Below are positions 29,574 to 43,328 of a stretch of 64,000 nucleotides of DNA, one piece after another (positions within the stretch are counted from its first letter, which is position 1; each line of letters starts with the position of its first letter). Source of the stretch: Paraspadella gotoi (Eukaryota; Animalia; Chaetognatha); the NCBI GenBank assembly GCA_051294375.1, contig CM119271.1:1936929-2000928 (forward strand), in the 5' to 3' direction. Made by a program: the position numbers and the translations under genes. The notes below the pieces were generated by a model that ran no database searches, was not told the DNA's origin, and was given only the letters and a program-made list of their open reading frames with translations.

Positions 29574-29902
29574 TGACCAAATATTGAACAGAAAGCTTTG
29601 ACGGTGATGACCAGTTGACCACACTAACGCAAATGACGTCGAAAACGGGAAAATTAATATATTCGATATTATATATATTATATTATATATTCGGCATGAA
29701 TAAATTAATATTAATAATAAGAAAAAGAATAATAATATTGCTAAAACTATTACATGAATAAATACTTTAACGTAAAATAATCAAACGCTCGTTTGAAATC
29801 GCTTCAAGAAATTTAATCGAGAATCGCGATATGAAAAAAGCAGACAAAAATTACGATAACCGGATTCGTCTTATCAAAATACAAGTCATATACTTGATTA
29901 AG

Positions 29903-29960
<58 letters not shown>

Positions 29961-30272
29961 TTATCAGTGTATTATTATTTATTTCAATTTCGCCCGTCGG
30001 ATTTCGGAACTTAATTAATCGTTTTGAATCTATTTTATAAAAATCTATCAGAAATTTAAAGAGAGAAAGGTAGAAAAGCAAATACTAACGAGATACGGAT
30101 CAGCGCCTACTATAATTACTTTCATTGTAATCGTCGTTATCTGCAAGAGGATTGTAAAAAATAAATCCCTTTGTTCTCTAATAATCGCTTTAATGTCTGT
30201 GGACATGAAAATTAAAAAAAAGAAATTCTCTCTCCCTTTGAGATTAACTGAGGTATATAGTCAGGGGAGAAA

Positions 30273-30350
<78 letters not shown>

Positions 30351-30769
30351 TCTGTCACGGACGTTCACCGCGGAAAAGCCTTTCGCTCGATCGCGCACAA
30401 TTACATGTGTTCACTCGAATGAAGCTCCGGCGGGAAAAAAATCGGCGTGGCGTAAAAGTGTGTTTTGTGACTTTAACTTAAATTTGTATGGCGTAAAAGA
30501 ATTGGCGTGACAAGGATAGAAAATTAACTAGGAAAATATTTTAAAATGACGTGAAATTAATTCGACTTTTCGCTATGCGTACTACTAGAATGGATTAACT
30601 TGAATTGTTTATAAAATGTTTTCAATCGAGTAATCTGTACATAATTTATAGTCAAAAATATACATTATATACATTATATTATACAAGCATGTTGGACGAT
30701 ACAGGATATCATTATAGATTTAGGATATCAGTACCGACCCAGTAGTCGTTTTCTCTTTATTTTCTTCAA

Positions 30770-31070
30770 AGAAGAACGGTAATTCAAAAGTGTTGCGCCC
30801 AATTGACTGCTTTATCATGAGTATTTCTCGTGACATGACATGACATGACGCTACATGACATAACATGCGCTAGCAGATACTTAGATTTGAGGTTTTTTCT
30901 GTCTTTACAAATGAGCAATCATGAACTATAGGCAAATTATATGCATTTTTAACGTAAATGGGACGGACCGACTGACAGACATACCGACGGACAGACATAC
31001 CGACGGACCGACCGACCGAAAAGTGACTTATAGAGTTGCTCCGCGAGTGCTCGCGTCGCAACTAAAAATC
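30770..31070 (-). mobile_element. DINE-1/HINE-like non-autonomous element
   Basis: Subterminal inverted repeats GTTGCG../..CGCAAC, terminal hairpin CGCGAGTGCTCGCG, (GACG/GACA/GACC)n microsatellite and GACAT repeats. Confidence 0.6.
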
Positions 31071-31682
31071 TGCTCAAGCTAAACAAAAAATATGATTTAC
31101 AAGTACATTGAAAATTAATAATATCTGAACGAGACATGGTTGACTAAAAAAACTCAGACGACTGGATTCAGCCTGAGACAAAGGGGACAATGGCGAAGGC
31201 GACGACGACGACAATGCCGACGACAACGGCGACGACGACAACAATGACAACGACAACGGCGACGGAGTCAGGCGACGTAGACAACAATAACGACAAAGGA
31301 AAAGGAAAACTTCATGGACGACAACAATCGCGACGTCGGCGGCGACAGAAAAAAACAAAGGACAACGACCGACGCGGGTGACAACGTCGCGGGTTCAATC
31401 CCCGAGCTGACGAATAGTCTGACTNNNNNNNNNNNNNNNNNNNNNNNNNAAGGGCGTAACACTCTCGAATATAACGTGTGTCACCCTCGTGTCGAAAACG
31501 TGTCACGTTCGTGACAAAAGGGACCGAAAGTTGAGTCGGAAAGAAAAGAACGACGCGAATTTAATCGAAATTCCAATGACCCAGAGTTCGATTCGGACTA
31601 GGACGAGGTCAGGGCGAGGGAGCTCTTCTCTCCTCTCTCTCTCTCTCTCTCTCCTCTCTCTCTCGGTCTCTCTCTTCTCTCC

Positions 31683-31729
<47 letters not shown>

Positions 31730-31780
31730 AATACGGATATTTGGTTATCTTCGATTCTTCATTACACGGAAACCCGGAAG

Positions 31781-31869
<89 letters not shown>

Positions 31870-34538
31870 AGAGAGATTTGTACTATTAGTATTATAGAGG
31901 CAAACTTAGAAATCATTTAAACAACCCGAGCAACCAAATAACTAGCCAGCTGAAAAGACCAGGAAATCGTCAAACATAAACAGTACTAAGGATCTATCGT
32001 AGTGCTAAATAAAAGTAGATAATAGGAAACAAACGAAAGGAAAGTGAGAAATTAACCTAACGCAATCAATAAGCTAATTAAATAAGAAATTACCTAAGAC
32101 ACAATGAAAAATGGCGTAACGTTACTGTCCGTGCATAAAAAAATTCACTGTTCAATAATTATTATACTTGCTTTTTATTTTTTGAAAGACGTTATAGTTT
32201 CATATGCTGATATCGCAAAATATCAATGGCAAAATCTTTTTTTGTTTTTTTGATATGAACTGAATATAGGGTGAAAGATGATAAATTTTTTAAAAAGTTA
32301 CTTATTCATATTTATTCATAGAAATTTTGTTAATAGAAAAAAAATAAAAAAATAATAGTACTAATATGTTAGTGTTATGTCTGCAAATAGAATGGAAAAA
32401 ACCTCATTTAAAAATTCGATCGGGAAGTGGGGGTAACTAATGGCTTACCAATGGATCCTCACACGCTCGATTGTTCTCTCAAATAATTTTTTTTATTTAA
32501 TACATTTGAAAAAGGGAAAAAAAGAAAATTTGGAATGCAGGTTTGCAAGCAAAGGGTACAGGATAAATCTGGACTTATTTGACATGAAACAATGACTTTT
32601 AATAATCTTGTGAAATGGGGGTAGTAAGAGAAATCTAAAAAAATTTATCATTAAGTCAGTCATAAACCCTTTCTAATGGCTATTACGAGAAATATTTTTT
32701 CTTTTATTAAAATGAGATGATAATAATAAAATTAAATTCCTTGTCTAATATTAAAAAAAAAATTATCATTTACAAATTAACACAAATGATGTTTTGCTTT
32801 GTCAAAATAGTTACCAGCTAGTATAATTTTTTACAACTTATTATCGATAAACAAGCAGTGCGTCAAGCTTTTAGTTTGCAGCGTTAAGATAATGAAAAAT
32901 GACGATTTTTTTTTCAGCAGACGACAGAAGGTAGATGTCCAAGACTTGTATTATATCAAAGCTAAAAACATTTTTGTATTTATCAATTTTAATATTTTAA
33001 AAAATATATTTTATCAAGATACAAACAAAATTTTTGGCTTTGGTTTTTTACTTTTAACTTAGAAATAAATATAAGCAATTTATGGAATAAAAAAAATTTT
33101 AATAATTAAACAAAAATGATAATTCCAGTTTCCTTTCAAAAATTACCAAAAAAAAAAAAAAAATAATTCATATGTCTTCATTGAAATTTTTAACGAAGCA
33201 AAAAACTGTTTACCTTTTTAACTCTGGATTTAAACAAAAAGCTGTGTAAGATTTAGGATTTAATTTAATAAACTCTTTTAGGGAAGGTACTGGTGTCCCA
33301 TGATTAGGGCTTTATTTGATACCACAATTCACAACTTGTACTCTCTTCTCAAAAGAGTTATTTAAAAAAAATAGTGTTTTAAATTACGCAGTACCAAAAT
33401 CTTTTGTTAAATAAAATTCGGCAAAGCGGGATAGTTCTTCACTTAATTTTTCTGTTGGTACAATACTTTAAATTTTCAAAATAAAACTTTGAAAGAAAAT
33501 TTTTTTATCATTTATACATTATCACTTTCAGATGTACCGCATCGTATAATAATTTTATTTTTTATTTCCCCCAAAAGCCCTAATTAGAAAAATTGAAATT
33601 TTTTCAAATGTTGGGAAAAAATTTCATCGCCGAACTATGCTCATTGAGATAATGGTTTTGCATAGAAAAAATTAAAAATATCAAAAAAAAATAAAAAAAT
33701 CAGCTCTAGTAAAAAATCGAAGGCTAGAGGCTGAGTTTTTTAGAATTGCAAAATTTTTTTTCCTGACTCATAATCCATTTATTCTCAGTTTCACAAATAT
33801 TTTTGTTCCAAAATCAATTCAATCAATTTTTTTTTATTATTTAAAATGTTTTATGTTGTTGTTTTGTTTGAAACGAATTGAAAAAGTGAAAAATATAGTA
33901 ATTTATATAAGGTTTTTTTGAAAAATACCTTTAAAATATAAATAATAGACACAAGGGGAGTGAGCAGAGAAAACTTCCCATTCATAAAGATTGAAAATGA
34001 ATTTGTCATATTGTTATTTAGATTAATTGACTAATTACAAACAAATGATTCATCATAAATTGAGGAAATGATGGGTAAAAAAAATATCATCCTGGTGGTA
34101 CTCGGTTAACTATTACGTTATCGTTAAAGTTTTGTTTTTTAATAATTATTATATTTTTTTTTGCATTTAAAAAGCAATGGTCTAAAAATTTTGTAAGCGT
34201 TTCGAGCTATATTGCTCATCTTTTTTACTATTTTGATCTAGTTAGCTTTTTGTTGATGGTCAAGGTATGGTCAGATACAGATATGTCCAGTAGTGTATAT
34301 CGCACATATTACCAAAGTAGTGATCAATTAATTTGGCTCAGAAACGATTTTAAAGGGACAAAAATCAGCACGAGACCGTTTCGCCAGCGTTATTTTTCAT
34401 TGTGTCCTAACGCAATCATAAGCTAACAAATTCAAAAACTCCCTGTGACGGAGAGATGACTTTTAACCGAGACGCTTGCACATGTTTCAAATATTTCTGT
34501 TCACCTGACTCCGTCTTAATACGCTCTCTCTCTCTCTC

Positions 34539-34610
<72 letters not shown>

Positions 34611-35058
34611 GGCCACGCACAAAGGCGGCGAAAAAAGAGCTCGGACAAAGGACGAAAAACAAAGACGTTGAGGACGAATCAAATTCGGACAAATGGCCAA
34701 AAAATGAGTCGAAATATTAAGGGGGGGGTGGTTGGCGCCGAGATGTCTGGAACATGAAAGGGTCTGGGGGCGAAACGAAGGGGGGGGGGGCAGAGAGGAG
34801 AAGGAATAAGAAGAAAAAGAAATGAAAATAAATATTATTTTTTAAAAAAAGTTACTACTGTCGACGTCGTGAACTTCTTTGTCTCCCTATTCCACCATGT
34901 CCTTGCTCCATCTTCATTGTCTTCCTTCCCGTAACTCAATCGCCACTCAAAATCAAAATTCCCGAATTAGTCAGCTTTTTTTTTTTTTTTTTTTTTTGAT
35001 GCCTCGTTGATGTTAAGGAGCGAAAAGTGTTAGATGAGTGCGAGAGTGTTAGATATCG

Positions 35059-35100
<42 letters not shown>

Positions 35101-35989
35101 CTGCACTATACTATAACTAAAATCTTTTCCAGTACTTGTTTTCCATTCTGCGAATTTTTTACATGATTTATATAAGTCATGTTATCAGAAAATTAATAAT
35201 ATAACGTCAGTTAATTGACATTTTCGTTGCTATGGAAACGGATTACTTTCGAGACGTAGAAAAAAAAGGCCAACCGTTAAATCGGCGAAGTTACGTAAAT
35301 CGGTCGACTCTCGAATAGTGTGAGAGAGTGAGAGAGAGAAAGAGAGAGAAGTCAACCGACATTCCTTTAATAAAGGCTTTATAGCTTTTCTTGAATTCAT
35401 TCGTTTATAAAGATTATTGTTTCATTTTAATAAGTAATAGCGAGATATCCAGCCAACTGACTTTAGTTAGATATAGCTTCCGTCCCTCTTACAATCAGGG
35501 CCCTGCAAACTTTCAATCAAGACTCTCTCACAGTCGAGTTTATTAACTACCAGAGCTTCCCTATCAATGAAGTGGTATATAATGTTTTTTTATGTATGTA
35601 CTCTTTCAATTGTATAGATATGGACCACTCATACAAGTAGTAGATCGAGGAATGCTGGATTGTACTCCGCACTGGTATCGAAATACAATGAGCTGACTGT
35701 TATGAAATCGGCACAACTATTATAATGTACAATAAAACCTCTCATCCATTTACTTCACTTTCACACTTCCCACTAATCTTCCCCCTTTTCACACCACATT
35801 TATCTTCACGCCCTTCCTTAACCCTTCCCCCCCCCAAACCACCCATTCCCCCTTTCTCTCCCCCTCCCCCCCCCTGATCGCCCCTCATCTCATCCCGCAG
35901 CAAATTCTCTCTCTCTCGCGTTCAGTAGAACGAAAACAGGAAATCAGAATCTCCTCTCAATATCTGCGCGTCTCGAATTTCGATCTTCG

Positions 35990-36372
35990 TTTTGATTCGT
36001 TCCTTCGTTCCTTCCTTCGTTCCTTCCTTTCGTTCCTTCCTTCGTTCCTCCCTTCGTTTCGTTCGTTCCTTCGCCGATCGTTCGTTCATTCTTTTTGTCG
36101 TTTCGTTTGTCCGTTCGATTGTTCCTTCCTTCATTTGTTTTTCGTTCGTTCGTCTCGTTTCGTTCGTTCGTTCGTTCGTTCGTTCGTTCGTTCGTTCGTT
36201 CGTTCGTTCGTTCGTTCGTTCGTTCGTTCGTTCGTTACGTTCGGTTTCGTTCGCTTTCGTTCGTTTCGTTCGTTCGTTCGTTTTCGGTTCGTTCGTTCGT
36301 TCGTTCGTTCGTTCGTTATTTCGTTCGTTCGTTAGTTCGTCCATTAGCTAGTTCGTCCGTTAGCTAGTTCGT
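35990..36372. repeat. (TTCG)n/(TTCC)n microsatellite
   Basis: Directly visible. It is the source of the RSFV/ERTN ORFs. Confidence 0.95.
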
Positions 36373-36634
36373 CCTTTAATTTTTTTTTCCTTCTTCTCTT
36401 CCTTTCTTCTTTCCATCGTTCGTTAAGTTCTTATCCAATGTTTGTTTGATATCAAAGTTCTTCCGTTTATTCGTTCCTTCGTTACTTAATTCTTCAATTC
36501 CATCTTAATTCTTAATTCTTCAATTCCATCTTTCATTTTCCCTAATCTCTCATTTTCGTCGTCGTGATCGGCCCTTCGTCGTGATAAAATCGTCTTAATT
36601 CGTCGCATTTCATTTCGTTTAATTCGCCTTAATT

Positions 36635-36678
<44 letters not shown>

Positions 36679-36714
36679 TCCGATCGAAAAATCCGTCGTC
36701 GGTTCGTAAATCCC

Positions 36715-36737
36715 GATTGGCGATTTGATCACGTGAC
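36715..36737 (+). promoter_or_regulatory. Possible promoter motifs upstream of the ephrin gene (reverse CCAAT and E-box)
   Basis: GATTGG followed by TCACGTGA in a CpG-rich patch about 820 bp upstream of the ephrin ATG. Motif match only. Confidence 0.25.
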
Positions 36738-36750
36738 CCTCTTTCGGTTC

Positions 36751-36787
<37 letters not shown>

Positions 36788-36853
36788 CCGTCATGAGTGT
36801 CGACTCCTCGGGCTTCTTTTTCACCGACGCAGGTGCGAACGTTTTTGACCACG

Positions 36854-36884
<31 letters not shown>

Positions 36885-36919
36885 ACAAAAAGCTCTCTCT
36901 CTCTCTCTCCCTCTCTCTC

Positions 36920-36971
<52 letters not shown>

Positions 36972-36985
36972 TCTCTCTCTTCTCT

Positions 36986-37026
<41 letters not shown>

Positions 37027-37551
37027 CGAGTACAAAAACCCTCAACGAACTTTCGCTCTCCCTCATTTTGACGCCTTCCTGGTTTCTCGTCGGTTGCTCT
37101 CCGTCTCTCACACACTCTCTCTGTCTCTCACAATCTCTTTCTCTCTTTATCTTAATCTTCCTTATTCCGTCTCGTTTGGTCTCTCACGAAAAAAAAAAAG
37201 CCAAGTCACCGAGCTTTTAAATCACGACGGAATTAAATTAATTTAAAACTGACCGCAACTCGTTGGCGAATAAATAAAAAAAAAAATTTCAAAAATTAAT
37301 TTTCTAATCGAAAAATTTCGATGCGAAAACATAAAGATCAAAAAATTTCCCTCATTCCGATTTAATTTCCTTTCTAATCTAAAAAAAAAGTTTAGACCAA
37401 ACGGACCTGAAATTCGAATCGACAATCTAATTTAGTTTGACCAACGAATCGTGAAGAAAAAAAAAAAAAATTCAAACGACCTTTGGTTCCGGAAGTTTTG
37501 TGCCTCCGTCCAGCGTTAATCTTTCACCCCTCCCACCCACCCTCACTCACA

Positions 37552-38571
37552 ATGACTACCCCACCCCTCCTCTCGCTCTTCCCACTCCTCCTCCTCGCCT
37601 TGCCACCTGTCTCTACCCGCCACCACCTCCGCCACTCCGCCCATCACCACCCCAACCGTCACCGCTTATCCCGGACTTTAAATCCCGTCCACTGGAATTC
37701 GTCCAACCCCTCCTTCGCCGCCGCCTCCGCCGCCGGAAGTGGCGATCACAACGCCCTCACAGTCGACGTTCGTCTCGGCGATAAAATCGACATCTTCTGT
37801 CCATTTTACCCTAAAGGACGCGCTCACAACGCCACCTCCCACGAAGTGACGCGCTTCCATCGCGTCACGCGACGCCAATTCCGCGCCTGCAGCGTCGACG
37901 AGAACGTCGGCGATCTCTCCGACGACAGCGCCTCCACGACCCGATGGATCTTCGACTGCGACGCCCCCCGACGCCTCAACAAATACACGATCCATTTCCG
38001 TCGATTTTCTCCGCTGCCCAACGGACTTCAATTCGAATCCGGGCGAGTCTATTATTTCGTCTCGACTTCGACCGGAAGTAAAGACGGCATCGCCAACACG
38101 CGTGGCGGACTTTGCGGCGATAAAAATCTTCGCATCGCGTTTAGAGTCGAAGGGAGTCGATTAACGAGCGCGCCCTCGACGCCCGGAACGCCTGCTGAGT
38201 CAAAGAACGCCGGGAACGCCATCTTGAATCTCGACGTCGGCGCCGCTTCGCCACGAGACGTTTTAAACTCTGAAAAGCGCCGGGATTTCGAAGACGACGC
38301 CGTCAACGCCGCCCAACATTCCATCCTCGACGCCTTGGGATTCTCGCGCGGCGTCAACCGCAAACGAAATACCGGCGCCACCGAGAATCCGGCGTCGCAA
38401 GTCGGGGCCGTAGTCGAAGGCGAATGGCGACATCCGGAACGAAAGCCGAGCGTCAAAGTTTTGGCGGGTTGGCGTCGGGCGTCGTCGAGCGGCGCTTGTG
38501 AGAGGAGAGCGGCGTCGTGGCTCGGCGTCATCGGCGTCGTTTTTGCGGCGTTAACGATGAGGCGTCGGTGA
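37552..38571 (+). CDS. Ephrin (Eph receptor ligand), 339 aa, uninterrupted CDS, signal peptide, probable GPI anchor
   Basis: Signal MTTPPLLSLFPLLLLALPPVST. Ephrin domain motifs VHWNSSNP, V.LGDKIDIFCP, F..C, IFDCDAP, KYTIHFRRFSP.P.G.QF..G..YYFVSTSTG and GGLC...NLRIAFRV. C-terminal SSG followed by a hydrophobic tail. Confidence 0.95.
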   Translation: MTTPPLLSLFPLLLLALPPVSTRHHLRHSAHHHPNRHRLSRTLNPVHWNSSNPSFAAASAAGSGDHNALTVDVRLGDKIDIFCPFYPKGRAHNATSHEVTRFHRVTRRQFRACSVDENVGDLSDDSASTTRWIFDCDAPRRLNKYTIHFRRFSPLPNGLQFESGRVYYFVSTSTGSKDGIANTRGGLCGDKNLRIAFRVEGSRLTSAPSTPGTPAESKNAGNAILNLDVGAASPRDVLNSEKRRDFEDDAVNAAQHSILDALGFSRGVNRKRNTGATENPASQVGAVVEGEWRHPERKPSVKVLAGWRRASSSGACERRAASWLGVIGVVFAALTMRRR

Positions 38572-41500
38572 TAATAAGACGACGGCGACGACGATATTCT
38601 CTTTGGTCTCAACCGACTTTTTGTTTAATTCGTGATTCCGTCCACAACCAACACCTCACTTTCATATTAATTGGTCCGTTTATTCCAGAGCTCGTAATTT
38701 ATTTTCGTCACGTTTTCCGTTCGGTGAATATCATTGTAACAATATTTGACTCTAAAATTAAAACTACCAGTCTTAAGGAAAGGTGCATTCCATCTCTGAC
38801 AATTCCTGATTAGTTTTGTCCGCATGTCTTCTTCGATTCGTTCTCATTCTCACGAGCCCGAAATCATTTTATTATTACTATATCAGAATTTCCTAATAAT
38901 ATGTCAAGTTTCACCGTTTATTTTTTTTTCCCCATCAAATTAATATTCCCTTGTCAATCCTATTATCGAAAATGATCTTGTCTTTTCATCATTGTTCGCC
39001 CAAGAAAAAAATGTTTGCTATTTATTTCTTTAATAAATTTATCATTGTGTAATTTTTCTCTCTTTTCGTTGTTCAATAAGATAGCAGATTCGAAAACGAA
39101 AGTTTTAGTATAAATTTATCAAATGCGAAATTTGTAGATTATTATTTACTTGCTACGCAGTTAGAAATTTATTCATGAAATAACTTTTACCATGGAGACG
39201 TTAAGCTTTTTAAGCTTTCATAAATGAGGTCATAATTTAAGACTAATTAGTTTTGAAACGATCGTCCATATTGAGCGTCATGTCTTAAACCTTTTCTCTC
39301 TTATTATCCCAGCGACGATGTCCCCAGATCCGCGCTATTCTATCCTTAGAAATCTCAGCGACGAAGTCATCACGTGACTTTTCGACGAATTCGTCCCTAA
39401 TCTTTCTTTTTCTAGGAGATAAGATTTCTCTCTGCTGGGCTAATAATAGGCGATCGTTTTAGGTTACGACGCGAAAACGCTAATATGCAAATGAGATTAT
39501 AGGATTCCTAAGTTTTCTGAAGCCGGTGATAGCAGTTTAAAAGAGATTACATACATGAGACATAGTGCAATGAACTGGCGGCTTGTCTTTTAAATATAGA
39601 ATGCTTTTAGAGAGAGAGAGAGAGACACGAAGTGAGAGTGAGTTCCATTCGAAAGTTGGATAGCTTTCAGACCACGTGTGGCTTCGATTTGTAATCGTTT
39701 AAAGCTGACGTCTCAACTGCTTTTGGTCAAATAAACGCAACCTCATTGTTGGTCGAAGATCGTAAGAAAATTGACGTTTTCATTGACTCGAAAAAAACTA
39801 AACATTTTTATTGTTGGGAATAATAATAATAAGAATGACTATATTTTTTTATCAAACGAATGAGAATTTTCTGAAGGGATAGTCATTATTATAGTCATTA
39901 TAGAATTATTCATATAGTTTTTCTCTCATACTAGTTTACTCATTTCGAAACAAAAGCCCGTTCACGAAGATGATATTTTAATTTTTTTTTGTATAAACAA
40001 ACGTTTACAAATGAGAAGAACGTAAATGGGATTCGTTTTAATAACAAAACAAGAAATGAATATAAATATATTTATTCGGCCGATGGGTAAGGGAGAAAAG
40101 GTTAGGGAGAAAGAAAGGAAAAAGAGAATGAGTAAAGTTCCAAAGACAGGAAAGGAAGGCATTGGGGGGAAAAAAAGAGAAATGAGAAAGGAAAGAAGAC
40201 AATATTTATAAAAGAAANNNNNNNNNNNNNNNNNNNNNNNNNAGGGATCGCAGGAAACGATAAAATAGAATTAGAATATAATTATTATTTTAATTTTTAA
40301 TGGGCTTTCTTGTGATACCCATTTTAGCATTAATTAGTGAGATTGTGGATTGCTTAACAGAACCGTCAATTCCAAGTTACGAATATCCCTTTATTTCTGA
40401 TTTAAAAGCCCGGAATATGCTCCTCATCTTTTTTTACTCATTACAAACTCAAAACAAAATCAATCATTAAGAAATAAAAAAAAAACAAAAATGAGTATGT
40501 CTTGTCTTTAAGTATCTTTTTTTAAAAATTTCTAAATATAGTTCCTTTTTTCTTCTATCGTTAACCGTTTCTGTGCTGGAAGCACTTGAGGTTATTCCCA
40601 AAAGAGCTGGACCTCCCTGTAAAAATAGTAAACCTTTATTTTGTCCCCCTTCCACCCTCCACCCCCTTCTACATCCCCAACTTTCGAACGTTCCAATTCA
40701 TGACCTTCCTCTTTTCCTACGATTTTTCTTTTTTTAACTTTCCCTCTGTTTTTATTGCGCGCGACTCTTTTCCCAATTTATTTCTTTTTCTAGTTCAGGT
40801 CTTTTTGGTTTTTTGTTTTTTTTTTGTTGGGGTGACGTCTCTTTTAATCTACTTCCCTTTTCTTTATTTGAATATATGCCTTTCAGCTTTTTCTTTTTTT
40901 TTTTCCTTTCCTTCCTGACATTTCCTAACCTTTTTCCTTTCCTTTCTTTCCTTTCCTTTCTTTCCTTTCCTTTCCTTTCCTTTCCTTTCCTTTCCTTTCC
41001 TTTCCTTTCCTTCTCCTTTCCTTCTTTCTTTCTTCCTTTCAGTCCTTGTGAAGAATGTTTTATTCTCACGCTAGCGAGACGAGCATCGAGACGTTGCCTC
41101 TTTCGACTGCTCAAAGTAGGTTTCGCGAAGAAGAAGAAATTTGTTGTATTTAATAATGAAATTTTATTGTACAAATATTCTAATCCACCGGAAACACGTA
41201 AAAACGGGGTTCGAAAGCAGGCAACACGTTTTATTAGAGTCTAAAACAGAACTAAAGCTTCTGGTTCAATCTCTCAAAAATTGAGTACGACAAAGAAAAT
41301 AGCGGGAAAACAAATGACCGGACGACAAAAACCCGTTCAAAACGAGATTGACCTTAAAATTATTAGGTTTCTTTTATTTTATGAAATTGGTACAACCAAT
41401 ATAGAAATTTTCCATCATTTAATAAATAAGCTATCTTGCCCCTGACTTTGGACAGGCTTTGGTGGTTTAAGGCCTCCATCACTCTTACAAGATAATGACA

Positions 41501-41850
41501 TAGCAGGTCCCTGAAAGCTTTTATAATTAAAACCGTTATAAAATGGGGTAGAATGCATACATTTTCGGAATCGCCAGGAGCTCAGCTTTCTGAATTTGTA
41601 CTCTATTTTGGCTTATTTTGAAGTTGATTTGAATGACCCTTTTTCTTAAGGGAGATAAAAAACGACGTACTATTTTAAACAGTCTTTTTCTATCTCATTC
41701 TCTGTATTCTTTCTATCTTTCTTCCTCATTCTCTCTTTCTCTTTCCCTATCTGTTGCTCTCTCTCTATTTTCATTTGTCTTCTTATTCTTTCCTCTCTCC
41801 TAAGTTCCTCACACCTCTCTCTCACCCCCCGCCACATATATTTCCTCTAG

Positions 41851-42257
41851 GTTCCTGCACCGAATGCCCTCCCGGTCCGCCCGGCATCGCAGGTCCCTCC
41901 GGTCGCGACGGCCTGCCCGGCCCCATGGGTCTACCCGGCGTGCCAGGGCCGGTCGGGCCCAAAGGCGAGCGGGGCCGGCGCGGTCGACATGGCTCGACGG
42001 GCTCCAGTGGACCGAGGGGCATCCCGGGATTGCCGGGCCCGCCGGGGCCTCCGGGTGAGTGGAAAAGTCTCTTTGTATCTTCCTGTCTGTATCTGTCTCT
42101 GTCTCTGTCTCTCTCTTTAACAAAGTTTGCTTTTCTCACTTTTTTTGTCTGTCTATCTGTATGTCTGTCTGTCTTCTGACAAAGTGTGTCTGTCTGTCTG
42201 TCTGTCTGTCTGTCGTCTGTCTATCTTTCTCTCTAACAAAACCATATTTTGCAACAC

Positions 42258-42288
<31 letters not shown>

Positions 42289-43289
42289 TCCTCTCCAACC
42301 CCCTCCGCAGGCCGCCCAGGCGATCGCAGCCCCACCCTCCCGCCTTTCCACCTCCCGGGCGGAAACCCCGTCATGGGCCCCCGCGGCCCGCAAGGCCCGC
42401 GAGGCCTTCCGGGCCGGTCGGGCACGGACGGCTCTCCTGGCACGGAGCGGACCCCGCGGTCCGCCCGGCGTTCCCGGACTCGTCATCTTCAACAACGAAG
42501 CCGCGATGGCCGGGGTGTCGTTGGAAGGGCTGTTGGCTTACAGGACGGACACCAAGCAGATCTACTTTAGGGATCACGTGACATGGAGGGCCATCAGGGT
42601 GAGGGGGTTGGTCAGGCTTTGGAGGGTAAGGGAAAATCGGCAGGGGGGGGGGATCGTGAGGTAAGGGGTGAGGTTGAGAATTAAGAACACAAGATATATA
42701 TATATGTAGTTTTAAATACTTTTTTATGAATGTTACAAGATTTTTTGTTTTACCTTATTTTTACAAAAATGTTTTTTTTGGAAAATAAGAAAAAAATATT
42801 GTTTTAATTTTATTAAAGTATAATCTTATGTGAATTAAAGAAAAACATTTTTAGCTCGGTACAACTTATTTTAAGATTCTAACAATTAAAAATTTTAAAA
42901 TTAGCATATTTGAGTATATATGAAGACTTGAGAGCGTGAGGAAGGTTAGTGTTGTCTTCTATACACCAAATAGTTAATTAACTTTCCGATGTTTCCAATT
43001 AGATATTATTTGTATTTGTAACGAACTTGTTAAGGATTACACAGTAAATTTCTTATTTTTACGACAAAAGCAATAAACTGTATTTTTGTCGATGGTTTAT
43101 TACATTGCATTTTTAATTTAAACGAAGAGAAAGAAAACAATACAAAGTAAGACACAAAAAATAGCGGGTCGCTCAAGATGTTTCTCTGCAAATGCACGGG
43201 AATGGCGAGAACTCACAAAGCTTAATGGCGGAAGTCGTTTGTCTGCCGTTGATTAGTTTCGCCGTCGTCGTCATTATCTTTCTTTCAGA

Positions 43290-43328
<39 letters not shown>

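Noticed and set aside
34855-34950. Possible WW-like exon on the - strand (EWRLSYGKEDNEDGARTWWNRETKKF)
   Set aside because: Splice signals are weak, the second Trp/Pro of WW is missing, and no partner exons were found.
40540-41120. Candidate ColQ-like 5' exons (FFLLSLTVSVLEA.. and PCEECFIL..)
   Set aside because: No in-frame start or phase-consistent splice path to exon 41851 could be built.
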